From Chiloscyllium plagiosum (lineage: Eukaryota), in NCBI RefSeq assembly GCF_004010195.1, contig NC_057758.1:1108983-1172982 (forward strand): DNA of 64,000 nt. The letters are read 5' to 3'. The position numbers were made by a program, and so were the translations under genes. Of the stretch, positions 53,986-64,000 are shown one piece after another. Position 1 is the stretch's first letter, and every line of letters starts with the position of its first letter. Below the pieces are notes generated by a model that made no database searches, was not told the DNA's origin, and saw nothing but the letters and a program-made list of their open reading frames with translations.

Positions 53986-55384
53986 TCAAACCGTGGTTCC
54001 ATACCTTGTTTTGCACAAGTGACAAAGTTGCAAGGAATTAACTGTCCCTGAATATGAGCCAGTAGGTCAGTACCTATCTGTGTGGAAAATGCACTCTCGA
54101 CTGTGAAATGCCCGACAGTGTAATTCATTGAATACAGTTAAATCATTTTAGCGCACTTTATCTGATTAGCAGAGACGCCAATGCAGAATTATATCCACTT
54201 CCAATCCGTGTATGTAAGGGCAGATGTATCACTGTCTTCGTTAAGGGATTAAAATAGATCATCGAGTCAACATTTCAGTATGAGAAAGTATTCAAGAATG
54301 ACTATATCTGTCGTTTCCATTGACAGGCTAGGCTCCTTCATCATTTGTGATGAGAAGATTTGTGGAGTCTCCTTCTCTTTCAGTTCGTTAACTGCTTGTG
54401 GGTATTTGTTCATAATTTCGATGTCGTTCTCTTCCATCTGACCTTATCTCCCTCCTGGTGATAAGGTCAGATGATGATAAACACCAACCCAATTAATTAA
54501 AAAATGTTAGACAAGAGGCGGTAAACAATTTGCTGAGTTCCATTGACATAACTCAGAAATCTGTGGGTCACGGGTCATTCGAACACAGGAATACAGTTTG
54601 ATCCAGAGAAATGAGAAATTGTGTCTTTCGGAACGTTGGGCACACTGGAACACGTTCCCTCTGTGCAGCTCAATCTGCGTAGTAGCATTTGACGAAAAGT
54701 AAGCATTTCCAAGACAGCTATATTTCACCTCACCTGCAGTGCCCTCTTCTGCAGGTTGCTTTATTGTCACAACATCCAAAGATGACATCTGCAAGAAAGA
54801 GAGGAAGAAAGTGTTAACATCACCAGACAAGATGCTGGAATGTCCACTTTTCATGAGAAGAGCAAAGTTCGAGACTCCCCATTGACGATAGCCTAGGTTT
54901 TAAACCAAAGCTTGCACAATGCTCCGAGTGTGATCTGACTTGTATGCATGGAGATGAGAACTGTATAAAGCGCTCCACGTGGTTTCTAACTGAGTGAATA
55001 GAGACAGGGATTATGTACGTTGCTCCGAATATTATATAAACGAGGCGTTTGGAGATGGAAACCACGCATTATACTTCACTTGTGGTTAAACGGAGCTGAA
55101 TGGAGAGAGAACTAAGCATAATACTTCATGTGTGATCTATCAAAGGATGTCAAGGTAGAAACTGCACACTGTGCTCTCACATTATTTTTGTTGACTGAAA
55201 TGGAGACCAGAATTGTGCACAGTCCTCCATGCATGCTGCAATGGTGGGGTTGCACGGTGGCTCAGAGGTTAGCACTGCCAACTCACAATGTCAGGGGCCT
55301 AATTTCAATTCAAAGTTTGTGAGATGATTTGTAGCTCGGGTGCTTGTTGTTGTGGTTCTGTTCGCCGAGATGGTAATTTGTATT

Positions 55385-55424
55385 GCAGACGTTTCGTCCC
55401 CTGTCTAGGTGACATCCTCAGTGC
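55385..55424 (-). ncRNA. Minimal type I hammerhead ribozyme motif, core intact
   Basis: Minus strand: GCA CTGAGGA TGTCACCT AGAC AGGGGAC GAAAC GTC TGC. This gives stem I (GCA/TGC), CUGANGA, stem II, GAAA, palindromic ACGT stem III and a GUC cleavage triplet. Confidence 0.75.
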
Positions 55425-55940
55425 TTGGGAGCCTCCTCTGTGAAGCGCTTCTGTGTTGTTTCCTCCGGCATTTACAGTGGTTTGTCTCTGCTGCTTCCGG
55501 TTGTCAGTTCCAGCTGTCTGCTGCAGTGGCCAGTATATTGGGTCCAGGTCGATGTGTTTGTTGATAGAATCTATGGATGAGTGCTATGCGTCAAGGAATT
55601 CCCTGGATGTTCTCTGTTTGGCTTGTCCTATAATAGTAGTGTTGGCCCAGTCGAAATCATGTTGCTTGTCATCTTGGCAAGTCCTTGCATGGGATTTTGG
55701 TTTTGCTCATGCTGGGTATCGGGTCCTTTGTCCTGGTGAGTGGCCAACAGCCACTCTCAGACAACAACTCACCAGGACAAAGGACTGCATAAAACACTGC
55801 ATAGGACAAACACGAAGACAGCTAACGATCCGTATCTATGAACACGAACTAACCACAAAACAACACAACCAGCTATTCTTAGTAGCCACACACGCAGATG
55901 ACAAGAAACATGAGTTTGACTGGGACAACACTACTATTAT

Positions 55941-56251
55941 TAGATTAGATTAGTTACAGTGTGGAAACAGGCCCTTCGGCCCAACAAGTCCACACCGCCC
56001 CGCCGAAGCGCAACCCACCCATACCCCTACATTTACCCCTTACCTAACACTACGGGCAATTTGGCAGGGCCAATTCACCTGACCTGCACATCTTTGGCCT
56101 GTGGGAGGAAACCGGAGCACACGGAGGAAACCCACGCAGACACGGGGAGAATGTGCAAACTCCACACAGTCAGTCGCCTGAGTTGGGAATTGAACCCGGA
56201 TCTCTGGCGCTGTGAGGCAGCAGTGGTAACCACTGTGCCACCGTGCCGCCC
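55941..56251 (-). mobile_element. Young full-length HE1 SINE
   Basis: A and B boxes, tail, and TSD ATTAT (55936-55940, 56252-56256). Confidence 0.95.
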
Positions 56252-56447
56252 ATTATAGGACAACCAAACAGAGAATTCCTAGAGGAATGGCACTCATCTA
56301 CAGATTCTATCAACAAACACATTGACCTGGCCCCAATATACCGGCCACTGCAGCGGACAACTGGAACTGACAACCGGAAGTGGCAGAGACAAACCACTAT
56401 AAATGCCGGAGGAAACATAACAGAAGCGCTTCAAAGGAGGCTCCCAA

Positions 56448-56487
56448 GCACTGAGGATGTCATCTAAACAGGGGACGAAAAGTCTGC
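56448..56487 (+). ncRNA. Hammerhead motif copy with a mutated stem III
   Basis: GCA CTGAGGA TGTCATCT AAAC AGGGGAC GAAA AGTC TGC (GAAAC changed to GAAAA). Confidence 0.55.
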
Positions 56488-57189
56488 AACACAAATTCCC
56501 AGCTCAGCGAACAGAGCCTAAGTTCAATTCTAGCCTCGGGTGATTGTGTCTGCGGATTTTGCTTATTCGCCCCGTGACTACATGGGGACACAATGTTAAC
56601 CACACTTCAATTGAATAACAGCACAGACCGAAAGGACTAAGTACACTCCTCTTCACGACATTAGAGTTTTATTTGTGACTAAGAAACATGGAAGATAGTT
56701 CGAGGCTGCTCCGACATCACTGTTCCTGAACTCAAATCCTCTACTCTGAAGGTCAAGATAAAATTTGCACTCTTCACCGCCTGCTGCGTTTCAACATATT
56801 TCAGACTTATTGAAAATTGTAGTCTCTCAATTTAGAGCTATTGATAAAAAAAACTGCCTTCGTGTTTTTGCTGGCAATGTGTCACATTTATCCGTGTGAC
56901 ACTGTATTGGCCATGCATTTGTGCACTTACTCCGCCTTTTCCAAATCCAATCCCTGCATCCTCCTCACAGCCCAGACTTCCACTAACCTTTGTGTCGTCA
57001 ACAATTCTTTTTGTAAGAGACGTACTCACCAGTGAATTCAAGTCTCTGTTGCCATTCTTCATGAGCGTAACATGAACACGGATGAAAAGCTCTGTACTCT
57101 GTGCTGAATCACTCAAGAGCACAGTGAGAATGTTCGGGCTCTTTATGTAAATGCAGAGTATTCAGTTATGGACGGTTAGACATGGGAAC

Positions 57190-57612
57190 TAGTACACACA
57201 CACATTCACACAGGCATACACAGAGATGCACACACTCGCAAACTAGCATACACACACAAATAAACACGCACACACACATTCACAGAAAAAGACACTCACG
57301 CACACAGATGCAAACACAGATTTCCAATGCTCACAAAGACACACACTCACAGGCTAGCGCACAAACACTCTTACACACACACAAGCACTCGTATACGTAC
57401 CTACAGACATACCGTCTTACACAGATGCAAACAGACACGCATTCACACAGAAACACGCTCACCCACACAGTCACAAAAACCCCCCCACACACACAGACGC
57501 ACACGGAAACGTGAAACTACTTTCGCACTAGCATAAGGGCGCACACACCGCCCACATATAAACGTAAACTGGGACACACTCACACAGACGTACACACACA
57601 CTCACACATGCA
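57190..57612. repeat. Degenerate (CA)n tract
   Basis: Seen directly in the sequence. Confidence 0.9.
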
Positions 57613-58289
57613 GATGCAACAACTAGAATCAAGTGTGTTTTGATTACTAAATGGCAAGGTACATGTGCGTAAGAATTGAAGAGGTGGAGTTTTTCAGAAC
57701 ACTTTGCTGAATCTGATATCAAAGAAAGAAGGCATTCGACCCATCAACCCTGTTCCAGCAATTTGAAGACTTTTAAAATTCTTCCCGCTTCATTCTGTTC
57801 CCGCCTCACAGCCATGCAATATTTTCCCAATTCTTTCCTTCAGTTCCTCCTCGGAAGTGTACTTCCCAATATTTATGCAATGCGTCAACTCATGCCAACA
57901 CTTAGAGCAACGGAGCGTTTTTTCTTACCTGAACATTCATCATCTGGATTTTTGTCATTTATGCAAGACTTGATTCAACCCTGGGTGTTGAGTCTAAGAA
58001 ATCCCAAGACCTCCGCTTCAGGCAAAGTTGAGGAACAGTGGGTGATCTGTTCAGCTTGAACTAGGAGGGGGGGGGGGGGGGGAGGTACTCCTAGGGACAA
58101 TATTATGCTGGAGGACAAAATGAAGAAGTAATTAAAGAAGGATTGGAGCTGAGAACCATTGTGGATTGGTTCCAAGATAATTCATATTTGTGTGGTTATG
58201 TTTTGTGATGCATTTAAAGAATCAGATACAGCTTGCTGCAAGGTGCAAATACTATTTATTCTACTGTGAACTGTCTCGGGAAGTGTCAA

Positions 58290-60280
58290 AATTCGACCGA
58301 CCCTTGGGAAATAAGGCAGTACAGGTGACAGTGAGGGAGCACTATGGGACTAGTCTCCATTGCTCTATAAATTTTAAAATAGTTATGGAGAGGGACAAAA
58401 CTGGCCCACATATTCAAGTTCTAAACGGAGCAAAGCGAATCTTGATGGATTTGGATTAAAGCATGCAATGATGATTCGTTTAGCTTGTTTGAAGGCAGAA
58501 ATACTTCCAGCAAGTGGGAGGTCTTCAGAAGTGAGATAGGTAGAGTTTAGTCTATATGTTCCGGTGAGGATGAAAGGCAAGGTTGACAAGAATATGGAAA
58601 CCTGGATAACAACAGATATTGTGGCTTTGAACAAAACAAAATGGAGATACAGCTCAAGTAGAGACTTCTGGGATCAATGGAAATCCCTGGAGGTACACAG
58701 GAGATACTGGAGTCTATTGAAGAACGAATCAGGAGGGCATGAGATAGACTTGGCTGAGAAAATCTGGGTGAATCCAAAGAGGTTCTTTAAGTATATTAAC
58801 GGAAAAAAGAATAACGAAAGAGACAATAGGACCCTCAAGAACAGAATTGGACACATGTTTAGAAAAGCATGAGATGTGCGATGTCTTCAATGAATATTTC
58901 TCCTCCATGTTTCCTGTGAAGAATGACATGAAAACTTGGGAATTTGGGGAAAATGTTGGTGATATTTGGGGACAATCCATATCACATTAGAGAAGGTGCT
59001 GGATAATGAATGCAAGTGTGATAGCTAGAGTTCAAGGTCAATTTGTCCCTGTGAGGGTGAAGGACAAGATTGGCAGGAATATGGAACCCTGGATGACAAG
59101 AAACCTTGATGCTTTGACCAAAAGAAAGGAGGAGACATGGCTCGGGTACAGGCAGCTGGGAACAAGGGAATCCCTGATGGCATATAGAGGATAAAGGAAT
59201 TTATTGAAGAAGGGAATAGGATTGCGGAAAGGGTGCAGATTGATAGCCTTGGCTGAGAAGATTGGGGTGAATCCAAAGAAGTTCTTAAAGTATACTTAAG
59301 GCAATGGATAAAGTAGAGAGCGAATAGGAACCCTCAAGGGCCAAAGTGAACATGCATGTGTAGAACCACAGGAGATGAGTGAAGTGCTCGATGAATATTT
59401 CTCCTCTGTGTTTACCACAGACATGACGACTCGGGGATTGGGGAAGTTTGTGGCGATACCTTGCAGACACTCTATATAACAGTAGAGGAGGTGTTGGAAG
59501 TAGTAATATATTTAAAGGCGGATTAATCGCTTGTTGCTGACCAGATATATCCAAGAACTCTTCAAGAACTTGCAGGGATCCTGGTTAATATTTTTGCATA
59601 ATTATTAGCCGGGTTGAAGTGCCACAAAACTGGAGTATAGTGGATGTTCTGCCCTTCAACAAGAGGGGGCCAATGAAAAACTGGGAGCCACAGAACCGTA
59701 AACTTAACATCTGTGCTAAGTAAGTAACTTCAGAATATTCTGAGGGTTAAGATATACATACATTTAGAAAGGCAGGGTGTGGTTAGGCGTAGTCAGTATG
59801 GCTTTGTGCATGGGAGATAATGCCTCAGAAATCTGTTCGATTTGATGGATGAAGTGAACAGAAAGGATGGTAAGGGCAGACCGGTAGTCATAGTTTCCAT
59901 GGATTTCAGTAAGGCCTTTGATAAGGTTCCAAATGGTAGGCTGCTCTGGAAGGTTAGATCACATGGAATTGCGGGGTATGTTGCAAATTGGACACACAGT
60001 TGGCTTGTCGGTCGGAAGCAGAGTGTAATAATGGAAATATGCTTGTCAGATTGGAGGCCCGTGACTGCTGCGGAGTGGCTGGGGAGTCGGTTCTGGGTCC
60101 ATTGCTGTTTGTTATGGATACCAATGATTTGGGTGAGAATGTCCAAGACATTAATACAAGTTTTACAGATAGCATATAGGTCATATCATGGAAGTGAAGA
60201 AGGTGATCAAAAATTGCAGCAGGACTTTCTTCAACTGGGAAAGGAGGCGACAAATAGCAAATGGAGTTTAATATACAAAA
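58290..60280 (+). mobile_element. Old CR1 ORF2 with an internal duplication
   Basis: NPKRFFKYI, MDFSKAFDKVP, SVLGPLLF. Confidence 0.85.
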
Positions 60281-60282
60281 GT

Positions 60283-60900
60283 GAGAGGTCTTGTCTCAAC
60301 CACTTCCTTTGGCAGCTTATGTCACATGCATACCACACTTTGTGTAAAAGAAGGTGCCCCTCAGGTTCCCTTTTATTCATTCCCCTCTAACTTTAAACTG
60401 ATGCCCTCTCGTTCTCAATTTCCCAAACCAGGGAGAGAAAATGAGTGCATTCACCCTATTCCAAGACCCTCATGAACTTATACACTTTTCTAATTTACCC
60501 CCTCAGTCTCCTACACTCTAAAGAAAAGAAATACCCTAGCTTTTCCACCCTCACCCTGTAACTCTTACAGTTGAGTCCTGGCAACATCTTCTCAATTTCT
60601 TCTGCACTATTTCCAGTTCAGTAACATTCTTACTTTCACAGAACTGAATAAAATACTCCACGTTCAGCCTCACTAAAGTCCTGTACAATTTCAATATAAC
60701 TTCACAAGTTCTCTTGTCTACCTGTGACTCCACTTTCAGAAAACCACAAGCTGAACTTCAAGGTCTCTCTGTTCCATTACACTCCTTAAGTTCCTTCCAT
60801 TCCCCATAAAATTTCTTTCTTGATTTGACTTTGCAAAATGTATGACCTCTCACTTATGTATATTAAACTCCATTTGCCATTTGTAGCCTACTTTCCCAGC
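60283..60900 (-). mobile_element. Old CR1 3' fragment
   Basis: ILKLYRTLVRLNVEY; WQMEFNIHK. Confidence 0.75.
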
Positions 60901-61129
60901 TGAAGAAGGCCCTGCTGAAATTTCTGGAGGGTTGGTGTGCACTGGCCTGGGAGGTGCAGATATATGGGATGACACAGCAGTTTTAGGGGGAAGGTGAGGA
61001 TTAACGTTTTCACCCAGGGAGTTATGGAAATCTGGCATTCACTGAGTGTGACAATGGGAGAGGCAGAAACGATCCAAACATTAGAAAAAAATGAACATGT
61101 ACTCTTGTGGTGCCAAAACACACAAAGCT

Positions 61130-61352
61130 TTAGATTAGATTAGATACCCTAAAGAGTGGAAACAGTCCCTTCGGCCCAACCAGTCCACATCAACCATTCG
61201 AAGAGTAGCCCACCCAGACTCACTTCCCTCTCACTAATGCACCTATCACTTTGGACAATTTAGCATGGCCAATGCACCTGACATGCACGTTTTGGACTGT
61301 GGGAGGAAATCGGAGGAACCGGAGGAAACCCACGCAGACGTAGGAGAATGTG
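61130..61352 (-). mobile_element. 5'-truncated HE1 SINE
   Basis: (TAGAT)n tail and central domain. Confidence 0.85.
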
Positions 61353-62164
61353 CTGAGTCATGTCTGATCGAAGATTCTATAGTCAGACTGAATCACTCCT
61401 GGCTCCCTTTAGAATAATTCTTGAAATTCACAGTCCTGACAAAACGGTGCAACCCCTCTGTAACACCTCACATCCCTTTTTCCTTCTCCATCTCGAAACA
61501 GAAAGAAAAACACACACACACACCAAACAAATTTGCAGAAACAAAAACTCATACATTCACCTAAACACAGATAGAAGGACACTGACACAAACGAACACAG
61601 ACTGACACACTCACAGAAAGACACGTGCGCAGATTGACATACAAACGCATACACAGAGGTGAAGGAGTGGGGTGGGACAGGGGTGTTGGGTGTTGGGGGA
61701 ATGAAGGGAGGGGGTGGAGTGCAAAATCCAAATACAAGGTCTGCCATTCACCCCTTCCCACCCATTCCAAACACAGTGCTTCAGACATAAATAACTCTGG
61801 AATGTTGTCAAGGGCATTGAACAAATATCACCGACAATGTAAATGAAATAAAGTTTAAATTGAATTTCAATAAATATTACTAACCAGAACTCGACACCAA
61901 ATAAGTTAAAATGGCAGTGGTAATGTCTACAATTGGTTTAGCTGGAAGACCAGCAATCGGAAATTAAACTTTGGTCATTTCCTCAGTGGGTGTGCTATCA
62001 AGTGGTCGGGCTAGCTGGGACGCAATTGCCTTATCAGTCCCAGGATCAAACCTAGGAATTTCTTCTTTTGTGGGCGTTTGAGGGTAGTGGCAAGGGACAA
62101 TTTAAATTGCCATTGGGCACTCACTGATTGTCCTTACCTGCGTACCCTAGCTCGATAACTTCCT

Positions 62165-62420
62165 TCAGCCTCTAAAACCCTGTCTTCCTCTGTAACCTCC
62201 TCCAGACCTACACCATCCCCATCTCCGCAACCTCCGCCAGCCACAGCACCCCCTCCTTATCGCTGAAACCGCCTCCAGCCTCTGCACCTTTCCTTTGTCT
62301 GTAACTCCCTCCAGTCGCTAAACCTTCCTTTTCTCTGTAACCGCCTCCAGTCCCCTTCACCTCTCCCTATCTCTGTAACTATCCACCTTTCCGTGCACTG
62401 CCACCCTATCTCCCCTTCTC
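62165..62420 (+). repeat. About 33-bp minisatellite (CTCTGTAACCTCCTCCAG core), probably expanded within an old LINE 3' region
   Basis: Several degenerate CCTATCTCTGTAACCTCCTCCAG units; the LINE origin is inference. Confidence 0.7.
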
Positions 62421-63009
62421 AAAGATCTCTGCATTTCTGCAATTCTATCCTCCTAGAACATTCCTTCATTTCTATCGTTTGTCCGCAGAGGGAAGGGGTG
62501 GCATGGACTTTGGGAATATTCAGACTCTGGGACTTGCTCCCCGTCTTTTGCTTCTTTTGCAATTCACTTCCATTCCTGAGAGGGAAGGACAGTCCATGAC
62601 TCAGAAAGAGTGAGAAACTGTCAGTGAGAGAGTGAGGAGTATGAACATTGAGAGAGGCAGACACTTACCAACCGATGTGGAGATGCCTGTGTTGGGGTCG
62701 AGGTCAGTGGTCAAACTGCACCAAGTAAAATAGTAACAGGTTTGTTTCAAATCACAAGTTTTGGGAAAGTTGCTGTTTTGTCAGGTGAAGTGGTCTGGAC
62801 AATTCAGGACCCTGTCAGTGCATTCCCGACACCGTTGTTCATTGGAGTTCATAAAGCTACCTCCAACATCAAACCTTCCAGAAGCTTCACACCACATCCG
62901 CGATCTGAAAGCACAGCTGACGGCCACGTCTGTCTCTGAATCTGAGGAATCCCGGTGAAAGATGGATTGACATTGTAATATCCAACTGACTGGAGTCCTG
63001 TGCCAGAAG

Positions 63010-63687
63010 AAGTGGACTGTCCAAAGTTCACTGTCCCAGTATCCGTCAGTTGCAGCGCTCACTGTCCCAGTCTCTGTCCGTCCCACAGCTCACTGTGTCA
63101 GTTTCTTTGAGTACAGAGCTCACTGCCTCAGTCAATGTCAGTCCAGAGCTCACTGAAGCCAGTTGCACACTCAGGCCTTCTGTTCACTGTTCCAGTCACT
63201 TTCTTTCCCTCAGCTCACTCTCTCCTCGTCTCTGTCAGGCCTAATGCTCACTGTCCCAGCCTCTATTCGCCAAACAGCTCATTGCCCCACTCTCTGTCAG
63301 TCCCAGAGTTCACTGACCGAATTTTTATCAGTCCCAGAACTCACTGTCCCAGTCTCTGTCTGTGCCAGAACACATTATCCCAATCGGTGTCAGTTCCAGA
63401 GCACCCTATTGCAGTCGGTGTCAGTTCCAGAGCACACTATTGCAGTCGGTATCAATCCAGTGCTCGCTGTCTCCGTCTCTGTCAGTCCCAGAGAACACTA
63501 TCCCAAGTTGGTGTCAGTCCAAGAGCACACTGTCCCAGTCTATGTCATTCCCAGAACACACTGTCTGAGCCTCACTCTTGGAACAAGAGCGCACTGTCCA
63601 CTCTCACTCTCAGTCACAGCCCTCGCTGTCTCAGTCTTGCTGTGTGAGTCGCAGTCCTCACTGTGCCAAACTGTGTCAGCTGCACAG
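63010..63687 (+). repeat. 31-bp satellite, block 3
   Basis: Same consensus and orientation as blocks 1 and 2. Confidence 0.95.
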
Positions 63688-64000
63688 TCATAGAATCATT
63701 CAGTACAGAAAAACCTCCAAACCCAATTCGGCCATGCAAACCAGGAAATCAAAACTGAACTATTTCCATGCACCTGCATTTACCAGGATCCATCTAAACA
63801 GTTGGGTGGCAAATGGTTCAGTGGTTAGCTCTGCTACCTCACAGAGCTAGATACCCGCGTTCTGGAGACCAGCAGGAACTCGGGTGCTCCCCAACAGAAA
63901 ACCCTGAATGAATCAGAACATACAGAACCTGCTAGAAAAAACAGGGGCGAGGCCTTCAGATCAGGAGACCTACTCAAGTATAAGGAAACCAAGTATGACC

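Larger units (their letters stand above)
55312..56515. mobile_element. Penelope-like element with an inverted terminal copy (GIY-YIG remnant)
   Basis: KDCIKHCIGQTRRQLTIRIYEH...HEFDWDNTTII and REFLEEWHS...INKHIDLAPIY. About 55355-55674 is the reverse complement of the 3' part. 15-bp TSD GCCTAA(T/G)TTCAATTC (55297-55311, 56516-56530). Confidence 0.9.

Overview
This is repeat-dense vertebrate genomic DNA, almost certainly from a shark: it carries HE1-type tRNA-derived SINEs and many HER1/CR1-like LINEs. I found no intact protein-coding gene. Main contents: (1) three blocks of a degenerate 31-bp satellite (consensus AGTCCCAGAGCTCACTGTCCCAGTCTCTGTC) at about 1-5960, 11105-17960 and 63010-63690, which explain most + strand ORFs in those blocks. 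(2) A two-exon, minus-strand GPR139/GPR142-like class A GPCR pseudogene (exon 1 23378-23557, exon 2 18543-19486), plus a paralogous orphan exon 1 with its upstream region at about 48130-49175. (3) A decayed Ty3/Gypsy element with integrase upstream of RT (Gmr1-like order), whose 3' LTR contains a multi-step template-switch rearrangement; also solo LTRs. (4) Penelope-like elements and short palindromic derivatives carrying minimal hammerhead ribozyme motifs, one with an intact core (55385-55424, minus). (5) Many nested CR1 fragments, SINEs and microsatellites. Shared insertion junctions suggest the region grew by old segmental duplication of satellite- and GPCR-containing units. All alignments were done by eye. 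Repeat boundaries are approximate unless a target-site duplication (TSD) is quoted.
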